Assembly (NCBI GenBank): GCA_027050205.1
Contig: JALUCS010000036.1
Coordinates: forward strand, 1 to 16,303
Reading direction: 5' to 3'
Source: a candidate division WOR-3 bacterium
GTDB lineage: Bacteria > Hydrothermota > Hydrothermia > LBFQ01
Length of the DNA: 16,303 nt
The notes under the pieces were generated by a model. It was not told the DNA's origin. It saw nothing but the letters and a program-made list of their open reading frames with translations, and searched no databases. The position numbers and the translations under genes were made by a program. Each line of letters opens with the position of its first letter. Within the stretch, counting starts at the first letter, position 1. Positions 15,723-16,303 of the stretch are shown in pieces.

Positions 15723-16303
15723 TTGAAGCTCCTCGGCTTTTTCAACGTCGGCCCCATAGACGCCTTGGACATCCTCCTTATGACCCTCATTGTTTATATA
15801 GTCCTACGGGTCCTCCGTGGCACCAAGGCCATCATCCTCCTTATGGGCGTGGGAGTCCTCCTCGTCCTCGGTTTCCTCGCCGAGAGCCTCGGCCTCGCCG
15901 CCTTGGGCCTTCTCATATCTACCGTTAAGGCCTTCGGTATAGTCGCCCTGATAATCCTCTTCCAACCGGAGATCCGCCGCCTCCTTATGGAGATAGGTTC
16001 CAATCCTTTCCTGCGGTTCTTCCTACCTCCGGAGAGGGTCCCCATAAACGAGTTGCTCCTCGCCGTTGATGAGATAAGGAAGAGGAAGTTGGGCGCCCTT
16101 ATGGTCATACAGAGGAGGGTCTCACTTATGGAGTACGCCGAGGAGACGGGTACCATCATGGACGCCCACCTCTCCGCCCCGTTGCTGGTGGCCATCTTCA
16201 GTAAGGGTTCCCCACTGCACGACGGAGCCGTCATAATCAAGGAGAGCCGCATCCTGGCCTCCACGGTAATGCTCCCTATGAGCGTCCGCATCAAAGGCGT
16301 TGG
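15723..16303 (+). CDS. cdaA: Diadenylate cyclase CdaA/DacA (3' truncated; absent from ORF track)
   Basis: TTG 15723 opens MKLLGFFNVGPIDALDILLMTLIVYIVLRVLRGTKAIILLMG...IILFQPEIRRLL...GALMVIQR...IFSKGSPLHDGAVII; three TM helices plus the DGA motif at 16221-16229; TACAAT 6 nt upstream. Confidence 0.95.
   Translation, partial: MKLLGFFNVGPIDALDILLMTLIVYIVLRVLRGTKAIILLMGVGVLLVLGFLAESLGLAALGLLISTVKAFGIVALIILFQPEIRRLLMEIGSNPFLRFFLPPERVPINELLLAVDEIRKRKLGALMVIQRRVSLMEYAEETGTIMDAHLSAPLLVAIFSKGSPLHDGAVIIKESRILASTVMLPMSVRIKGV

Overview
Gene-dense, GC-rich bacterial chromosomal window. It is probably from a diderm (outer-membrane barrel, RND adaptor, lipoproteins) and possibly a thermophile (E/K/R/V-rich proteins, AGG/ATA codons); both points are inference. 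Order: 3' end of a mutL whose endonuclease motifs are eroded; an orphan, hairpin-less RND adaptor behind an 18-bp palindromic operator; an AT-rich gap; a four-gene lipoprotein cluster (small Cys protein, two paralogs, TolB-like propeller); a minus-strand block (DUF481 OMP, tRNA-Leu(TAA), DUF4321-like, divergent DapF-like, ptsH, compact ptsI, nusB, yceD, divergent recJ, two roadblock-like genes); a second ~0.8 kb AT-rich gap; then a DegT aminotransferase, RsbW-like kinase, HAMP-SpoIIE phosphatase, alr and a partial cdaA that the ORF track missed. The strongest window-wide signal is a TAnnnT -10 box 6-12 nt before the start codon of most transcription-unit-leading genes, usually without a Shine-Dalgarno and twice with TTG starts, suggesting leaderless or near-leaderless expression. 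A CCA-less tRNA has a TTG start 2 nt after its discriminator base. No CRISPR array, transposase or integrase was seen. All family calls come from motif recognition by eye, not database searches.
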